Positions 7,731 to 17,136 of a DNA stretch of 40,926 nt are shown one piece after another. Position 1 is the stretch's first letter; each line of letters begins with the position of its first letter. The stretch comes from a virus. Lineage: Duplodnaviria > Caudoviricetes. Made by a program: the position numbers and the translations under genes. Below the pieces are notes generated by a model. The model was not told the origin of the DNA, did not search any database, and worked only from the letters and a program-made list of their open reading frames with translations. The stretch spans positions 1 through 40,926 of the IMG/VR virus record IMGVR_UViG_3300030376_004413, one strand, 5' to 3'.

Positions 7731-9585
7731 AGGACTACTCCAAGATGAGTGTGTACAAGTAGATACAGAAACTACTGGATTTGATCCACACACAAAAGAA
7801 CTTTTATCATTACAGCTTGGTACATCTGACGGAACATGTCAGTATGTAATAGATGCTAAAGAAGTGAACATCTCTGAGATCCCTCTTATTAAAGAGATCT
7901 TAGAGACTGTTCCTTCTATCTATCACAATGCTAAGTTTGATTTAGGATTCCTGCATAAACATGGGATATACCCCAAGGAGGTAATGGATACATTTCTTAA
8001 TGAGTGTATTATTACTACAGGACTTTCTCAACGTTCATTAGGACTTGATGCAGTAGCATTCAAGTATTGTGATGCAGTAATGACAAAAGATATCAGAGGT
8101 AATATACATCGTGAAGGGTTAACTCCTAGAGTGATACGTTATGCTGCTGATGATGTTAAATTTCTTAAGGCTATCTATGATTCTCAGATGGAAAAAGTTG
8201 CAGAGCTTGGCCTTGAACGTACTATATCTTTAGAATCACAATATGTACGTGCACTAGCATATACAGAGTTTTGTGGTTTTAAACTGGATACTGAGAAATG
8301 GCTTCAAAATGATGCAAATCATCAAGAGCAGGAGAAAGAAGCGGAGAGAGCTGTAGTTAATTGGATATTTGATAATCTACCACAATATCGTGAGCCACAG
8401 CTTGATTTGTTTTCTGAAGATAAATCAGTGTCTATCAAGATTACTTCTACTAAAGATATGACAGAAGTATTTAAAGGTCTTGGTGTAGACACTACTGTAA
8501 TGTTTAGGGGTAAGCCTAAAGATTCAATAGAATCTAAGCACCTTAAAAAGTTTAAGAATGAGTATCCTTTGATCCCAATATACCTTAAATACATGGAGAA
8601 GAGGAAGCTAGTAACGACATATGGAGAATCATTCTTAAAGCATGTCAATAAGGGTACAGGTAGATTGCATAGTAATTTCTGGCAAATACTGAATACAGGT
8701 AGGATATCTTCATCCGATCCTAATTTGCAGAATATCCCTTCTGACGAGAATATAAGAAAGTGTTTTGTTGCTGATGAAGGTAATACACTGGTAGTAGCTG
8801 ACTATTCAGCTCAAGAGACCAGAGTACTTGCTGATATGGCTAACGAACGCAACTATATAGAGTTTTTTAAGAACGGTGACGGTGACTCGCATTCAATGGT
8901 AGCATCTAGAATGTTTTCTGAGATAGAAGGCAAGCCTGTAAAGGTTAGCAAGACAGAGAACTCTGATAAGAGACAGATCGGTAAGATATTGTCATTCCAG
9001 ATTGCCTATGGTGCATCAGCCTGGTCCGTTAAAGATTCTTTTGGAATTACTGAGAAGGAAGCGCAAAAGTTTATAGATGCTTATCTCGATTCTTTCCCGG
9101 ATCTCAAGAAATACTTTGAGAAGAGAAAGAAAGAGGTAATCACTTATGGGCATGTGACCACTGATGAAGTTTCTAAAAGAAAGATATTCATGGATAACTT
9201 TGATAGGTTCTCTGAGTTGCGGGATACTATTAAAGATATATATGATAATGGATCGATACCTGACAGAGGTATGACTCGTGAGTACTATACTATGAAAGGT
9301 AAGTATGAACGTAACTCTCTTAATTATCCGATCCAATCAGTCTCTGCAAGTATGATGAAGCTTGCAGGTGTAAAAGTGTTTAACCACATTATGCAGAATA
9401 ACCTTATTGGTAAGGTTAAAATAGTCTCATTCATTCATGACGAGATGTGCATAGAATGTCCTACAGAACTGGCCTCAGAAATGGCTAATATGGTACAAGA
9501 AGCCATGGAATCATCTGCTAGAGCATTTTGCAATCATGTTGAGATACCTGCAATACCTAATATAACTCAATACTGGGAAAAATGA
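7687..9585 (+). CDS. polA: family A DNA polymerase with 3'-5' exonuclease
   Basis: Exo motifs DTETTG, HNAKFD, YAADD; TGRISS..PNLQNIP; motif A DYSAQE; motif B R...K...F...YG; motif C HDE; no 5'-3' exonuclease domain. Confidence 0.96.
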   Translation: MIKLITEKEQTSLFKGLLQDECVQVDTETTGFDPHTKELLSLQLGTSDGTCQYVIDAKEVNISEIPLIKEILETVPSIYHNAKFDLGFLHKHGIYPKEVMDTFLNECIITTGLSQRSLGLDAVAFKYCDAVMTKDIRGNIHREGLTPRVIRYAADDVKFLKAIYDSQMEKVAELGLERTISLESQYVRALAYTEFCGFKLDTEKWLQNDANHQEQEKEAERAVVNWIFDNLPQYREPQLDLFSEDKSVSIKITSTKDMTEVFKGLGVDTTVMFRGKPKDSIESKHLKKFKNEYPLIPIYLKYMEKRKLVTTYGESFLKHVNKGTGRLHSNFWQILNTGRISSSDPNLQNIPSDENIRKCFVADEGNTLVVADYSAQETRVLADMANERNYIEFFKNGDGDSHSMVASRMFSEIEGKPVKVSKTENSDKRQIGKILSFQIAYGASAWSVKDSFGITEKEAQKFIDAYLDSFPDLKKYFEKRKKEVITYGHVTTDEVSKRKIFMDNFDRFSELRDTIKDIYDNGSIPDRGMTREYYTMKGKYERNSLNYPIQSVSASMMKLAGVKVFNHIMQNNLIGKVKIVSFIHDEMCIECPTELASEMANMVQEAMESSARAFCNHVEIPAIPNITQYWEK

Positions 9586-9896
9586 GATATAAAAATAAAG
9601 ACGATTGGAGTGATATAAAAAAAGAGGTAAGCTCTTTTAAAGATCTTGAATTTGAAAATGACGGTTTTATTAAAAGAGCCGGTTGTTCTTTTTCTAATGG
9701 GTACGGAGCTTCTGTAATTAAAGGAGACCATACTTATGGAGGACAAGAAGGTCTTTATGAATTAGCAGTTTTAGATTCTAAGGGAGATTTATCCTATGAT
9801 ACTCCTATTACTGGAGATGTTTTAGGACATCTAACTAAAGATGATGTAACTGATTATTTACAAGAAATTAAAAACTTACCTCAATATGGATCGTAG
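9582..9896 (+). CDS. conserved-looking phage hypothetical protein
   Basis: 104 aa with FSNGYGASV...YGG..GLYELAVL pattern; ATGA overlap. Confidence 0.75.
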   Translation: MRYKNKDDWSDIKKEVSSFKDLEFENDGFIKRAGCSFSNGYGASVIKGDHTYGGQEGLYELAVLDSKGDLSYDTPITGDVLGHLTKDDVTDYLQEIKNLPQYGS

Positions 9897-11082
9897 AGAT
9901 AAAGTACAAAGAGATGCATTTCAAGCATGGAAAGACAAAGGTAGAAAAGGTACTATAGAAGCTATAACAGGTATCGGTAAAACCTTTATTGCATTACATG
10001 CTGTTGCTGAGACTAAAGTAGGAGATAGAATACTATTTCTTGCAGAGACCAGGCAACGAGAAAAGGATCTTAACGAACAGTTGATTAAATACAGAGATAT
10101 ATTCAACGTAGATCTTACAGGAAAAGACATAGATTTTATGTGCTATCAATCAGCTTACAAGCTGGTAGGTACAGAGTACGATCTTGTTATTGCTGATGAG
10201 ATACATGATTCATTAACACCTGCCTATTCACAGTACTACAAGAACAATTGGTTCGGTGCTATAATGGGACTATCTGCTACTATCGATGACGATGTAATAG
10301 AGATAGAAGGTGAATCTGTATCAAAGTTAGATATCTTGAAAGGTGTTGCTCCAATATGTTTTTCATACACATTGGACGAAGGACAGGAAGACGGTACATC
10401 CAGACCACTTGATATATATGTCTTGCATCATAAGCTAGACGGCACTAAGAAAGTGATACCTGGAGGTAGTAAGAAGAAACCTTTTATGACTACTGAGCAA
10501 AAAACCTATAATTATTGGGATGCTCAGTTTAAGAAAGCTATGTATGTAAGAGCACCTGCTGCTCGAGAAGTACAAGTTATGCTTAGTTCAAGAAAGAGGG
10601 CAAATCTTCTGTACTCCCTTCCTTCAAAAGTAGAATCTATTAATCAAATACTTGCAGAACTTAAAGGCAAAACCCTTATCTTTGGCAACGATCTATCAGC
10701 ATTGGAGAAAATTACTTCTAATGTAGTCAGATCAGCGAGGAAAGGGGAGAGCGCAAAGAACCGGGAGTTAGAAAACTCTAAGATTAGAGAAAGGTTCGAT
10801 AAGGGAAAAATTAATGTGATTGCATCTTTTAAGATGCTAAAGCAAGGTGCCAATCTTAAAGGCATCGATAACGTCATTCTTATGTCGTATTACAGCAAGG
10901 AGAGAGATCTTCTTCAGCGTGTAGGACGACTTAGAAAGGAAGGCAATCGCATTGGTACCGTTATCATTCCCGTAACTGTAGGTACACAAGAAGAAAAATG
11001 GTTCACAAAAATGACAGAAGGGGTGAACATGAGAATGACACCCTGTTTGAACGTCAAGGATCTTGTATCCAGGCTGAAATAG
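9886..11082 (+). CDS. superfamily 2 DNA helicase (UvsW/Res-like)
   Basis: Motif I TGIGKT, II DEIH, III SAT, VI QRVGRLR. Confidence 0.92.
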   Translation: MDRRDKVQRDAFQAWKDKGRKGTIEAITGIGKTFIALHAVAETKVGDRILFLAETRQREKDLNEQLIKYRDIFNVDLTGKDIDFMCYQSAYKLVGTEYDLVIADEIHDSLTPAYSQYYKNNWFGAIMGLSATIDDDVIEIEGESVSKLDILKGVAPICFSYTLDEGQEDGTSRPLDIYVLHHKLDGTKKVIPGGSKKKPFMTTEQKTYNYWDAQFKKAMYVRAPAAREVQVMLSSRKRANLLYSLPSKVESINQILAELKGKTLIFGNDLSALEKITSNVVRSARKGESAKNRELENSKIRERFDKGKINVIASFKMLKQGANLKGIDNVILMSYYSKERDLLQRVGRLRKEGNRIGTVIIPVTVGTQEEKWFTKMTEGVNMRMTPCLNVKDLVSRLK

Positions 11083-11270
11083 AAAACGTAGATCTAATAC
11101 TTGCTTTTATTGATATCCTTAGGGAGGAGATAGGCCATATAGATGATAAGGATCTACCATTACTAATAAAGAAACGATTCGGTATCGGACTTACATTCGA
11201 TCAGGTAGATGAGATTCTTCATGGTAAAATAATCATAGAGGAGTTTGATACAAGGGATGTATATTTTTAA
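10998..11270 (+). CDS. hypothetical protein
   Basis: Fills the gap after the helicase; start uncertain (85-nt overlap). Confidence 0.55.
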   Translation: MVHKNDRRGEHENDTLFERQGSCIQAEIENVDLILAFIDILREEIGHIDDKDLPLLIKKRFGIGLTFDQVDEILHGKIIIEEFDTRDVYF

Positions 11271-11287
11271 TCCCATAAAATAGTAGA

Positions 11288-11881
11288 ATGATTATTACAA
11301 TTGATACAGAAATGCTTGATAAATATACTATCAGACCTGATGAGTATGTTTATCTTTCTAAACTTCTAGCAGACAATGCTCTTTTAAGTAAAGTATTGTT
11401 AAGGGTAGATGGCAAAAAGATGGTCAGAATGGGTTTCGTTGAAATAGATGACGGACAGGCCTTTCTTACTGATAAAGCAAGAGATCTTTTTAAAATGCCT
11501 AGAGAAGGTTTTATTACTCCTAAAATAGATCTTTCAGAACTTACAAGTAGTTCTAATATTAAGGATCTGTCTAAAAAGTATAGAGAACTATTTCCTGTAG
11601 GAGTTAGAAGCGGAGGTTACTTAGTAAGAGCAACCTCTGAGTCTTGTGAGAAAAAGTTAAAAGCATTTTTAAGAAAGTATTCTGATTATGATGAAGCTAT
11701 AATTCTTGAAGCTACTAAAAGATATATTGATAGAAAAGCTAGAGTGAGTTATATGCATATGAAGCTTGCACCTTATTTCATCGAAAAGGATGGAATATCA
11801 ATGCTAGCTGCAGAGTGCGAAGAATTAATATCAGAAGGAACAGATGGCAGAAGCGATGACGACTGGGGAAAGGACGTATGA
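11288..11881 (+). CDS. putative replication initiator or helicase-loader-like DNA-binding protein
   Basis: wHTH-like N-terminus (MGFVEI...FLTDKARDLF); helical C-domain (YRELFP...YF); immediately precedes the DnaB-like gene. Confidence 0.5.
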   Translation: MIITIDTEMLDKYTIRPDEYVYLSKLLADNALLSKVLLRVDGKKMVRMGFVEIDDGQAFLTDKARDLFKMPREGFITPKIDLSELTSSSNIKDLSKKYRELFPVGVRSGGYLVRATSESCEKKLKAFLRKYSDYDEAIILEATKRYIDRKARVSYMHMKLAPYFIEKDGISMLAAECEELISEGTDGRSDDDWGKDV

Positions 11882-12935
11882 TGCTGCATACAAACGAATA
11901 ATTGGAAACCGAGACAGGGTACTGTCAGGAAAGGTAAATTGTATACCTTTCAAATTAGCTAGACTCCAAAAATTCGTACCAGGACTTGAACCAAGCACTT
12001 ACACCATAATTACAGCTTCTAGTGGTGTAGGAAAGTCAAAGTTTGCTAAACTGTTATTTGTGATAAGGGCGTATGAGTATGTCAGGGAGAATCCGGATTG
12101 TGGAATCAAACTGAAACTCTTTTACTTCTGCCTTGAGGAGTATAGAGAGATATTTATGCAGTCACTTATCATTCACCGTCTTTACAGCCTGTACGGTAAG
12201 AGGGTGGATATCAAGGTGTTGAACTCCATGCAACCTGAGAATGTGTTGGATGATGAGACTGTTCAGCAAATAGGAGAACTCAAAGAGTATTTCGATGAGA
12301 TGGAGCGTAACTGTTTGGTTATCTATGACAGACTGAAAAGTCCAGAAAAGATATACCATGCATTAAAAAGTTATGCTGAGACAAATGGTAAATGGGAGAA
12401 TGATACTTACGTTCCCAATGATCCTGAAGAGTTAGTGGTGCCGATCTTTGATCACATATCACTTCTTCAGCCCGGGAAGGGTGAATCATTGCACGAAGCG
12501 ATAGGTAGATTCTCTTCAAACTTTCTTGTCGATCTTCGGAATACTTATGGAATGTCTCCTGTTGTGGTGCAACAGCAATCAGCAGATAAAGAAAAGCAGG
12601 TTTATACTACATCAGGTTCTTCTGTGGAATCTAAACTGGAACCATCATTAGATGGCCTTGCAGATAATAAGAAAACACAGAGGGATGCTGACATGGTTAT
12701 GGGTCTGTTTGCACCTGATAGATATGAAATACCTCAACACAGAGGTTATAATATCCGTAAGATGCAAGATTATTATCGATCAATATCTATTCTTAAGAAT
12801 AGGTATGGAGTTTCAAATTTGAGAGTGGGTACATTCTTCGATGGTTGCGTAAGTGACTTTGTAGAATTACCTAATGTTTCAGATGAAGTACAGATGAGTA
12901 GAGTTTTCAATTTAATAGAAACAATTAATGAGTGA
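11844..12935 (+). CDS. dnaB: DnaB-like (SF4) replicative helicase
   Basis: Walker A SSGVGKS, catalytic CLEE, Walker B IFDHISLL, QQ motif, DAD and KNRYG motifs. Confidence 0.88.
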   Translation: MAEAMTTGERTYDAAYKRIIGNRDRVLSGKVNCIPFKLARLQKFVPGLEPSTYTIITASSGVGKSKFAKLLFVIRAYEYVRENPDCGIKLKLFYFCLEEYREIFMQSLIIHRLYSLYGKRVDIKVLNSMQPENVLDDETVQQIGELKEYFDEMERNCLVIYDRLKSPEKIYHALKSYAETNGKWENDTYVPNDPEELVVPIFDHISLLQPGKGESLHEAIGRFSSNFLVDLRNTYGMSPVVVQQQSADKEKQVYTTSGSSVESKLEPSLDGLADNKKTQRDADMVMGLFAPDRYEIPQHRGYNIRKMQDYYRSISILKNRYGVSNLRVGTFFDGCVSDFVELPNVSDEVQMSRVFNLIETINE

Positions 12936-13662
12936 AATTATCCTGCCAAAGGAGAAGGTGAAAGCTACCCAGGTTAATCCTAGAAGGCTTGTGCTGTATG
13001 CACCTCCTAAAATGGGGAAGACCACACTCGTATCAATGCTTGACAGTTGTCTAGTTCTTGATTTAGAAAATGGTTCAGACTTCGTTGATGCTGTAAAAAT
13101 AAAAGCACTCAGCGTAGAGGACATCAAACTAATCATGGATAAGATAGATGAAGCTGGAAAACCCTATGACTACATAGCCATAGATACGGTGACAAAGCTT
13201 GAGGAGATGGTACTTCCACTTGCCCTCAAGTTGTACAAAAACACACCCATGGGTAAAAACTTTAAGGGAGATGATGTTAGAAAGCTACCTAACGGTGCAG
13301 GCTATCTATATCTACGCGAAGCCTTTTCAAAGGTAATTGCAAGGATAGAGAAGAGTGCATCTAAAGGCATCATTCTAGTAGGTCACCTTAAGGAAAAGAT
13401 GCTTGGTAAAGAAGGTAAGGAAGTGAATGCTAAGGATATAAACCTTACAGGACAGAACAAGAACATTGTATGTGCTGATGCAGATGCTATCGGATATCTA
13501 TACCGGGATAAAAACAAAACCATTCTTAACTTTTCTTCATCAGAGGAAGTGCTTTGCGGATCTCGGTCTGCTCACCTAAAAGGTAAAAGCATTACTCTAG
13601 GAGAAGAGGTTGATGGTAAATTAGTATCCCATTGGGATGAAGTATATTTAACTAATCAGTAA
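12928..13662 (+). CDS. AAA_24/Sak4-like ATPase (single-strand annealing)
   Basis: APPKMGKTT, LDLENG, IAIDTVT, LVGH, ADAIGY. Confidence 0.85.
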   Translation: MSEIILPKEKVKATQVNPRRLVLYAPPKMGKTTLVSMLDSCLVLDLENGSDFVDAVKIKALSVEDIKLIMDKIDEAGKPYDYIAIDTVTKLEEMVLPLALKLYKNTPMGKNFKGDDVRKLPNGAGYLYLREAFSKVIARIEKSASKGIILVGHLKEKMLGKEGKEVNAKDINLTGQNKNIVCADADAIGYLYRDKNKTILNFSSSEEVLCGSRSAHLKGKSITLGEEVDGKLVSHWDEVYLTNQ

Positions 13663-13674
13663 AACTGATAAATA

Positions 13675-14469
13675 ATGAAGATCGATAATAGATCAAACGA
13701 GGAAGGTGGGTCAAGAAAACTGTATACAGGCTTGACAAATATGAAAGTAGTAGCTATTAATCCTACTATGAATGAATTGTCTGACCTTGGATACAATCCA
13801 CAGCAGGAACCTGAGTATATCTCAGTAACTCCTGAAGGCAATGCTAAAGTAGTAATCGACTTTTTCCTTAAGCATGAGGAAACCGGTATGATCGCCAAGA
13901 GAAGATTTTGGCTAGAGAATCGTGACCGAGAGACCCGTGCAGGAGATAAGAAGGAGTACATAGATAACTATGGACAAACTTCTTTTGCAGAAAGTCCAGA
14001 GACTCTGCAGCAGTGGATCAATAAGGAAAGTGCTCGTCCTGCTAAAGTAGGAGAGGGACTTCTTATTCGTTTTGTAGCAGCTTGGGCTAATGTAAATCCT
14101 TATGCAGATGCAGCAGGTAACAGAGGTCTTTGCTACTTTGAAGATGTAAGTAAGTTGTTCACTAATGACATTAGTGAGCTTAAGAGTGTTATGTCTCAGA
14201 TTGGTGCAGACAATGAGATAAAAGTTCTTCTGAATGTTATTACTACTGATGAAGGCAAAACTTATCAAGATGTGTATCAGCATCATTATGATAGAGCAAT
14301 GGCTAAGTCTACTAAGGCTTGGGAAAGAGCTCTTGCAAATGATTACACTCAGTGTAAAGGTGATTACCAGAACTCTCTTGAGTTTAAAGAGTATGTTGCA
14401 GCACCAATCGTAACTTCGGATACGCCAGATACTGCTACAACAGAGTCTGAAGTACAGGCACCTTGGTAA
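13675..14469 (+). CDS. probable single-stranded DNA-binding protein
   Basis: Lies between the Sak4-like ATPase and primase; beta-rich N-half; flexible acidic tail ending in PW. Confidence 0.6.
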   Translation: MKIDNRSNEEGGSRKLYTGLTNMKVVAINPTMNELSDLGYNPQQEPEYISVTPEGNAKVVIDFFLKHEETGMIAKRRFWLENRDRETRAGDKKEYIDNYGQTSFAESPETLQQWINKESARPAKVGEGLLIRFVAAWANVNPYADAAGNRGLCYFEDVSKLFTNDISELKSVMSQIGADNEIKVLLNVITTDEGKTYQDVYQHHYDRAMAKSTKAWERALANDYTQCKGDYQNSLEFKEYVAAPIVTSDTPDTATTESEVQAPW

Positions 14470-14470
14470 A

Positions 14471-15394
14471 ATGTTCCAGGTCAGGGACAAGGAAATACCA
14501 TTAAGGAAAGATATCCTTGATGAGTATAGTGAGCTGCAAATATACAGACACTATTTCCCTGACATTCCTATAGGTATGATTACATCTTCTCCTTTTAGAG
14601 AGGATAAAACACCTTCATTTATAATTAGAGTGAAGGATGATCACACTTATTATCATGATTATGCATTGGGAGAGACGGGGGATGTAATGTCCTTCGTCTC
14701 CAATGTATATCCTGAACTGGATCGTGATGAATTATTGAAGCAGATTGCAAAAGATCTTAATAACGGAGAAGTACCTGATGTCACATATGTGAAGAAGAAT
14801 CCTATAAAGAAGGATTTAAAGATAAAACGCAGGGAATACACTAAAGGGGATCTGGCATTCTGGAATCAATATGGTATTACAAAAAAGACTTTAGATTTAT
14901 TTAGAGTCGCTCCCATAGCTTATTACTGGATAAATGACACACGTTTTACATGCAGTGAGCCGGCATATGCTTATGATCTTGGTGGAGAGTACAAAGTGTA
15001 CAGACCTACTAAGGAAGACTATCGGTTTATAGCAGGAGGAATTAAAATACAGGGTATAGACTTAATACCACAGACACATGATATATTGATTATTCAAAAA
15101 TCATATAAAGATGTGATGTTGTGCTATGAGTTTGGTTATCCTGCAATGGCTCCTCAAAGTGAAACATGTCCAATATCCTCTGATATTATTACAGATATTA
15201 AACAGAGGTTCAAACGTATAGTTATACTGTATGATAACGATGAAGCAGGTAAAAAATCTGCAAAAACTCTTTCAGAACAGTATGATCTTGAGTGCATATT
15301 TCTTACAGAAGCAAAAGATCTTTCAGATCATGTACTTTTGCATGGCAAAGAGTATACTCATGATACGCTAAAAGAACTGTTAAATGAAAAATAA
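14471..15394 (+). CDS. dnaG: DNA primase (DnaG-like, TOPRIM)
   Basis: SPFREDKTPSF zinc-finger-derived motif; TOPRIM LYDNDEAG; C-terminal KDLSD. Confidence 0.88.
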   Translation: MFQVRDKEIPLRKDILDEYSELQIYRHYFPDIPIGMITSSPFREDKTPSFIIRVKDDHTYYHDYALGETGDVMSFVSNVYPELDRDELLKQIAKDLNNGEVPDVTYVKKNPIKKDLKIKRREYTKGDLAFWNQYGITKKTLDLFRVAPIAYYWINDTRFTCSEPAYAYDLGGEYKVYRPTKEDYRFIAGGIKIQGIDLIPQTHDILIIQKSYKDVMLCYEFGYPAMAPQSETCPISSDIITDIKQRFKRIVILYDNDEAGKKSAKTLSEQYDLECIFLTEAKDLSDHVLLHGKEYTHDTLKELLNEK

Positions 15395-15743
15395 TAGAAG
15401 AAGAGGTAATAAATGGGAACTTGATTGCATAGCTGAATTAAAAGGTCTGTTTCCTACATCTATAAGCTCTAGAGCTGAGAGTAGGGCAAGAGATGCTGCT
15501 AAAGTAGATATATGCAATACAGGTAAGTTTAATTTCCAATGTAAGAATTTGTCAAAAAGAGTAAATTATGAAGAGGTATTGGCAGAAATGCCAGACGAGG
15601 GGAACTTCAATGTCATACTTGCTAAGTTGACTGAGAAAAAAGGACAACGATTCTATGAAAAGGGTCGTTATGCAATACTCGACATGACAGATTTTATAAA
15701 AATTCTCGATGGATACATTGAAAGTAACAAGCCTGGGTCTTGA
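15384..15743 (+). CDS. Holliday junction resolvase-like PD-(D/E)XK nuclease
   Basis: RRRGNKWE...VD...QCK pattern (Hjc-like). Confidence 0.75.
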   Translation: MKNNRRRGNKWELDCIAELKGLFPTSISSRAESRARDAAKVDICNTGKFNFQCKNLSKRVNYEEVLAEMPDEGNFNVILAKLTEKKGQRFYEKGRYAILDMTDFIKILDGYIESNKPGS

Positions 15744-15993
15744 TAGGGATGTTTTGGAATATCTCGAGACAAGACTCGGGAAAGATGTATCATTTAATAT
15801 AGCTCGTAATTATCTTGAGGACATGATGACAGAATACAGTGTCAATATCATGGTACCTCATCCAGATGAAAAGTCTATAGAAATGATTAAGCATCATAAT
15901 ACATTAAGTACATATTATTCACAACTCATAGAAAAAGAAAATGAGAACTATAACAATAAAAACAGGAAGCGGAACGGATACTTATCAGTCTAA
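15709..15993 (+). CDS. hypothetical protein
   Basis: 94-aa ORF between the resolvase and the Ubl. Confidence 0.7.
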   Translation: MDTLKVTSLGLDRDVLEYLETRLGKDVSFNIARNYLEDMMTEYSVNIMVPHPDEKSIEMIKHHNTLSTYYSQLIEKENENYNNKNRKRNGYLSV

Positions 15994-16159
15994 CGCTGAA
16001 AACCTTGCAGAACTTGCTAATGATACAGGAGTAAGTTTTACTGATCAGTCAGTAATTGCTAAAGAAGCGCGGTTAATGCTAGACGATATGTCTCAGCCTT
16101 TGCCGCAAGGGGATATTACCCTCGTTGTAAGTCCTGCCAAAATGAAGGCAGGAGCCTAA
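15941..16159 (+). CDS. putative ubiquitin-like (beta-grasp) protein
   Basis: 72 aa; beta-beta-alpha-beta...beta pattern (MRTITIKT..TYQS / NLAELAN / ITLVV); tail KMKAG-A; first gene of the E2-JAB-E1 cluster. Confidence 0.75.
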   Translation: MRTITIKTGSGTDTYQSNAENLAELANDTGVSFTDQSVIAKEARLMLDDMSQPLPQGDITLVVSPAKMKAGA

Positions 16160-16170
16160 GACGGAAAGAT

Positions 16171-16202
16171 GGAGAGGGGTGTAATGCCCCTCTCTTCTTT
16201 TA
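16171..16202 (+). terminator. intrinsic terminator/attenuator after the Ubl gene
   Basis: GGAGAGGGGTG-TAA-TGCCCCTCTCT followed by TCTTTT. Confidence 0.75.
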
Positions 16203-16227
16203 TTCACTAACCATAAATATATATATC

Positions 16228-17136
16228 ATGGTGATAACACAACAAGTTACTTCAAATACAATAAAAGTAGCTGCAGAACAATTCTTTGATCATGTAGAAG
16301 TTACTGAAGAAGATATTTTTATTTATTTTCCAGAGCTTACTATTACTAACGAGCTTGACTTAAGTATAGACATAAAAGGTCTATTAATTGAGATCAATTA
16401 TGTTATAGAAGACAGCAACCTGTCAATTATTTGTCTTAAAGGGGGAAGAACTGAATATAATTTATGTCAGTTTGTTGCAGGATACAGTCACTCTCATCTT
16501 CCAGTAGGAAATCGGACTGCTATGAGAAATTTTTGCCTAGGTAGCAGTACTCCTATTGCTAATATTATATCTAACGGAGAGGTAGTAGAAGATTTAGATT
16601 ATTTCTTTGGGCTTGTAAATGCTTTTGTAAGAAACGAGTCTATATCAGGTGTACCTCATATAAAATTAGAAATGGCTTTAGATATAGGTAGAGCAGTTAG
16701 CAATCTTCTAAGACCTCCTAGTATTATGTTTAAAGATGTAATATATACTGCTAAAAAGATGACAGAGGCAGACGCTTTAGAGTATAATTATGTAAAAGCA
16801 GGCATACTTCCTAAGATATCTATAAAAGCCGGGGACGATGAATTATTAGACGAGTGTTTATTAGACTGTAACTTGGGAGTATCTACAGCAGATATTACTG
16901 TTTTAGATTTACTTAAAAGAAGGGATGATGAAATGCTGGAACATCCTGACGGCTTCTTTTATAGAGAGATGCCTGAAATGATAGGAGAAGGTAGTATTGA
17001 GTATGATCATTTTAGAGTAATTCCTACTCAAGAAGAGCTTGAATTTTTGAGTATTAATGTTCAAGCCGGTGGCATTCAGAGAAATAAAATGTATAATGAA
17101 TTAGAATATTTCCTAAATAAAATATTAAACGCATGA
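16228..17136 (+). CDS. putative prokaryotic E2-like (UBC-fold) conjugating enzyme
   Basis: H88-S-H90-L...F-C103-L-G spaced like the E2 HPN/HPH...C active site, followed by helices; lies between Ubl and JAB. Confidence 0.65.
   Translation: MVITQQVTSNTIKVAAEQFFDHVEVTEEDIFIYFPELTITNELDLSIDIKGLLIEINYVIEDSNLSIICLKGGRTEYNLCQFVAGYSHSHLPVGNRTAMRNFCLGSSTPIANIISNGEVVEDLDYFFGLVNAFVRNESISGVPHIKLEMALDIGRAVSNLLRPPSIMFKDVIYTAKKMTEADALEYNYVKAGILPKISIKAGDDELLDECLLDCNLGVSTADITVLDLLKRRDDEMLEHPDGFFYREMPEMIGEGSIEYDHFRVIPTQEELEFLSINVQAGGIQRNKMYNELEYFLNKILNA

Noticed and set aside
13656-14490. Antisense ORFs of 101 and 192 aa, and other - strand ORFs in 2010-18028
   Set aside because: They are shadows of well-supported + strand genes, with biased composition and no motifs
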